Assembly (NCBI GenBank): GCA_013811715.1
Contig: JACCUS010000004.1
Coordinates: 1 to 40,896, forward strand
Reading direction: 5' to 3'
Source of the DNA: Nocardioidaceae bacterium
Lineage (GTDB): Bacteria; Actinomycetota; Actinomycetes; Propionibacteriales; Nocardioidaceae
Length of the DNA: 40,896 nucleotides
In this document: piece after piece, positions 31,153 through 40,896 of the stretch
Position numbering within the stretch: position 1 is the stretch's first letter
Layout: each line of letters starts with the position of its first letter
Notes under the pieces: model-generated
Seen by the model: the letters and a program-made list of their open reading frames with translations, nothing else
Told to the model about the DNA's origin: nothing
The model's database searches: none
Translations under genes and position numbers: made by a program

Positions 31153-31677
31153 TCAGGCGGCGGGGCCCTTCTCGCGTACGGTGCGGACCTGTTCCATCGC
31201 GCCCTGCAGGTCGCGGAGCCACTCGTCGCTGTGCTGGCCGACCAGCTTCACGCACCAGGCCAGGGCATGGGAGCGCGATCGCGCCACGCCCGCCTCCACC
31301 AGGGTGTCGAGCACCTGGCGCTGCGGCTGCCGAAGTCGCGTCATCGTCGGTACGGCGATGTGCGCGAACAGCGCGGTGTGGTCGCCCACCTTCGCCCCCC
31401 ACGAGACCTTCCGCTCGAAGCGGTGCTGCGCCTCGCGGGCGATCTGCATCCGGGTCTCCCGCGTTTCCTCGCGCCAGGCGGAGATGCGGCCGGCCGCTGC
31501 CTCGGAGACCGCCGCCTCGTCGGCGTCTTCGCCGAGCGGAGCCCCAGCGACCGTGACGCGCACGGTGATCTCTTCACGGTCCACCGTGATCTGGGGTGTG
31601 TCTGCGGTCCATTCCTGGGGGAGCCGGCCGGCGAACCAGGCCTGGATGTCCGATGCTGTCTGTTCCGAAGTCGTCAT
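31153..31677 (-). CDS. Hypothetical protein with a C-terminal ribbon-helix-helix-like segment
   Basis: 174 aa. VPTMTRLRQPQRQVLDTLVEAGVARSRSHALAWCVKLV fits a strand / helix / G-x-S turn / helix pattern. High GC3. Confidence 0.7.
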   Translation of the reverse strand: MTTSEQTASDIQAWFAGRLPQEWTADTPQITVDREEITVRVTVAGAPLGEDADEAAVSEAAAGRISAWREETRETRMQIAREAQHRFERKVSWGAKVGDHTALFAHIAVPTMTRLRQPQRQVLDTLVEAGVARSRSHALAWCVKLVGQHSDEWLRDLQGAMEQVRTVREKGPAA

Positions 31678-31746
31678 GTAATCAAGATTACCTGCTTACA
31701 CCACTGACGCAAGCAGTCGCGTCGTGCTCCTGGGAGAATTGCGCAG

Positions 31747-32820
31747 ATGAGCTTCCGCCTGCTCGATGGCGACCCGCCCGACGACTCGGTCCGTCGACTG
31801 ACCTTCGTGCCGTTCCTCCCTGACGGGTGCTGCATCGCGTTGCCCGGCGGCTCGGGGTCATTGAGCCTGCCGCACGGCGCGGTGGAGCAGGGAGAGTCGT
31901 GGCTGCTGGACGCGGCGCTGCGCATTCCGTTGACGACGGCTGGCTTTCGGATGCAACGGGTGCGCCCGTTCGCCGCGGACGACGACCATGTGTTCGCCTG
32001 GCTCGACGGCGACCGATACACCGGTGGCCGCGACCACGTCGACGCCGACTGGGTGGTGGACAGCCCGGAGGGCATCTCGCAGCGATTCCATCGAGCCGGT
32101 GATCCCGCGACCGCCAGGATCGTCGACGAAGCGGCTCGCTCGTTTCGAGGGCAGAGCGATTCCAGCTACTACGCGGACAACCTGCGCCTGCTCGAGCCGG
32201 CGTACCTGCGGGGACAGTCCGCCGAGAGCGGATCTGGGTTCGGCGGCACACCAGCGCAGTGGCGCGCCCGGCGGCAGATGATCCTCGACGGCATCGACTC
32301 CGACGGCACGTTCCTCGACGTCGGCTGCGCCAACGGCCTGCTGATGGAGTCGGTCCACCGGTGGGCGGCCGAACGCGGCCTCGTCGTCGAGCCGTACGGC
32401 GTCGACCTCGGTCCTCGGCTGGTGGAGGTCGCCCGACTGCGGCTTCCGCAGTGGGCCGACCGGGTCGAGGTGGGCAACGCGATCGACTACGTGCCGACGT
32501 CCGGCGCCCGATTCACCTTCGTCCACGTCCTGCTCGACACCGTCCCGACAGCACGGCGGCACGATCTGCTCCAGCATGCGCTGGACTCCCTCGTCGAGCC
32601 TGACGGACGCCTCCTCGTCAGCCACTACGGCGGCCCCGCCGACCGTCCCGCCGCCGGGCAGGTGGCGCGTCTCGGCTTTGGCGTCGCGGGTCAGTCGGCA
32701 GCGGCCGACGGCCGCGCCAGCACCGCATGGATCGACGTGCCGATCCCTGCCGGCAGCGGGCGGACAGCTCAGCGGCGTCGATCCGACGAGGAGACGACGT
32801 CGTCTCCACGGGTCACCTGA
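31747..32820 (+). CDS. Class I SAM-dependent methyltransferase with a degenerate NUDIX-like N-terminal domain
   Basis: Motif I FLDVGCANGLL, then VVEPYGVDL (motif II-like). N-terminal GAVEQGESWLLDAALRIPLTTAGF resembles a Nudix box without the catalytic Glu residues. Confidence 0.75.
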   Translation: MSFRLLDGDPPDDSVRRLTFVPFLPDGCCIALPGGSGSLSLPHGAVEQGESWLLDAALRIPLTTAGFRMQRVRPFAADDDHVFAWLDGDRYTGGRDHVDADWVVDSPEGISQRFHRAGDPATARIVDEAARSFRGQSDSSYYADNLRLLEPAYLRGQSAESGSGFGGTPAQWRARRQMILDGIDSDGTFLDVGCANGLLMESVHRWAAERGLVVEPYGVDLGPRLVEVARLRLPQWADRVEVGNAIDYVPTSGARFTFVHVLLDTVPTARRHDLLQHALDSLVEPDGRLLVSHYGGPADRPAAGQVARLGFGVAGQSAAADGRASTAWIDVPIPAGSGRTAQRRRSDEETTSSPRVT

Positions 32821-34070
32821 TAGGGCGACCGGTACTGCGACGGCTGGTGCCCGGCCGGTGGCGGCGCGGTCGGGCCGGCAATCCGTTCCTGCTGCCCAGG
32901 CCCTCTCAAGAGCTGGTAGCCGATGGCGCCGAACACCACGAGGCTGCCGATCGCGGCGAACGCGACGGCCCAGCGCAACGGGTGCTGGCCCTGGGGGGTG
33001 ACCGCGATCGTGAGCGCTGGCAAGAACACCGCACCGAAGAAGGACAGCACGGCAAAGCCGACAAACGACGTGTAGGCGTACGCCGCAGCAAGCGCGAGCG
33101 CGATGAGGAGCCCCATAAACATCGCGATCCGTATGTCGGTGCGCACGTCGTCGATGGTGAAGCCGTCTCCGGAAGCCCGCGCGCCGAGCCCACCGAGGGC
33201 GAAGAAGAACCCGTTCGCGAGCACCACTGCGTACATACCGAAGAGCGCAAGGCCGCCACCCAGCATGGCGGTCAGGTGACGGCAATGGAACCTCCAGCCG
33301 ACCAGCGCGACCGCGATCCCGTAACCCAGCATCGCCATGCCAAAGGTCAAGAACGCTCCGGTGTCGTTGTCGGCGGACTCCAGCGAGTCGGACAGGACCT
33401 GACCCAAGATGATCAAGCCGCCGAGCACTGCCGCCAGCGTCAAGACCTGTTGCTCAAGGATCCAGTACCCTGCCACACCGCCGATGAGCAGCAAGACTCC
33501 GGCGAGGTAGGGCAGCGCCTCGGCGTCCCATGTGGTCGTGATCAGCAGAGCGAGGGCAGTAAGCGCCAGCGACGCGAGCAGCCCCGTTACCCTGCGGGCA
33601 GCCACCCAGCGGGCATGGGGCCCGTCCTTGAGCAGGAGCTCTACGCCGACAGCCCCGACGGCGAAGACGGCGGTTACTCCGAACATGACGATGAACGTCT
33701 TCCAAACGAGTCCCTTGTTCTCAGCGAGAGGCGACGCAGTCAGGAATCCCGCCATCACCAGGCTGGCACCGAAGACCACGACACCCACGAGCAGTGTCGG
33801 CAGCTGCCAGCCGGCGCTCGGGGAGCCGGCGGGCTTGCTGGCCCGGCCGGACGATCCCTCGGCGGACATCAATGCCCGATACACGTCGTCGGCCTGGGCG
33901 GGAGAGATCCTGCCATTGCGGACCAGCGGGTCCAAGGCGTCGAAAACAGGGTCAGTCGAACCAAATCCGGTGCTCATGGCGTGAAACCCTAGGGCATCGT
34001 CACCGAGAACTGGAGGCAAAGCGAAGGCGGGAGGTGTGGAGTCTCCTCCAACGCCTCCCGCCCCACTCAT
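32769..34070 (-). CDS. Polytopic integral membrane protein of unknown function
   Basis: 433 aa: a soluble N-terminus of about 90 aa, at least 10 predicted TM segments, and a P/Q-rich tail. ATG 34070 has a GAGGTG ribosome-binding site and lies 32 nt after the rpoC stop. ATG 33977 is an alternative start. Confidence 0.7.
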   Translation of the reverse strand: MSGAGGVGGDSTPPAFALPPVLGDDALGFHAMSTGFGSTDPVFDALDPLVRNGRISPAQADDVYRALMSAEGSSGRASKPAGSPSAGWQLPTLLVGVVVFGASLVMAGFLTASPLAENKGLVWKTFIVMFGVTAVFAVGAVGVELLLKDGPHARWVAARRVTGLLASLALTALALLITTTWDAEALPYLAGVLLLIGGVAGYWILEQQVLTLAAVLGGLIILGQVLSDSLESADNDTGAFLTFGMAMLGYGIAVALVGWRFHCRHLTAMLGGGLALFGMYAVVLANGFFFALGGLGARASGDGFTIDDVRTDIRIAMFMGLLIALALAAAYAYTSFVGFAVLSFFGAVFLPALTIAVTPQGQHPLRWAVAFAAIGSLVVFGAIGYQLLRGPGQQERIAGPTAPPPAGHQPSQYRSPYQVTRGDDVVSSSDRRR

Positions 34071-34101
34071 CTGACGGTCACCTCGACATCGAGGTGCGAG
34101 C

Positions 34102-37977
<3,876 letters not shown>

Positions 37978-38069
37978 GACTCTTCCTTCGTTTGGTGTTG
38001 CCTCTTATGTTTCAGTTCCTGGTCTGCCTCGCGAGCAAAGCTCGCTGCGGCCATGACGAGCGTCGAGGG

Positions 38070-38092
38070 GTCTGAGCAGGGCATCGCCCTGC

Positions 38093-38098
<6 letters not shown>
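38070..38098 (-). other. 13-bp perfect hairpin enclosing the rpoB stop codon
   Basis: GTCTGAGCAGGGC-atc-GCCCTGCTCAGAC. The TGA (38093-38095) lies in the 5' arm on the mRNA strand. Confidence 0.5.

Positions 38099-40896
<2,798 letters not shown>

Overview
High-GC (about 70%) actinobacterial chromosome segment. It is dominated by the minus-strand translation and transcription core: rpoB (5' end outside the window), rpoC, rpsL-rpsG-fusA-tuf, the S10 operon (rpsJ to rpsQ), the spc operon (rplN to rplO), then secY-adk-map. Many neighbouring genes are joined by 1-4 nt TGATG, ATGA or GTGA stop/start overlaps. Three accessory blocks interrupt this core. (i) 1-10.8 kb, downstream of map, is a catabolic cluster: aminotransferase, M20 peptidase, a YdiJ-like FAD/Fe-S oxidoreductase, an Asp/Glu-racemase-superfamily protein, a GntR/FCD regulator, gabD-like and gabT-like genes, and an MHS transporter. 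Three of its promoter regions share a GATTGTYRACAA palindrome, which I read as a candidate GntR regulon. (ii) 24.2-26.5 kb, between tuf and rpsJ, holds NUDIX, USP, DUF1772-like and DUF6328-like genes plus a small ORF that looks frameshifted. (iii) 31.1-34.1 kb, between rpoC and rpsL, holds a ribbon-helix-helix-like hypothetical protein, a SAM methyltransferase with a degenerate NUDIX-like N-domain, and a polytopic membrane protein. The most unusual sequence-level signal is a 24-bp tandem repeat (3.5 copies) that expands the rplE-rpsN junction and creates a 30-codon bridging sORF. I found no tRNA, rRNA, CRISPR array, IS element or recognisable defence system, and no clearly novel multi-gene system. 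All family assignments come from motif recognition by eye, not database searches.
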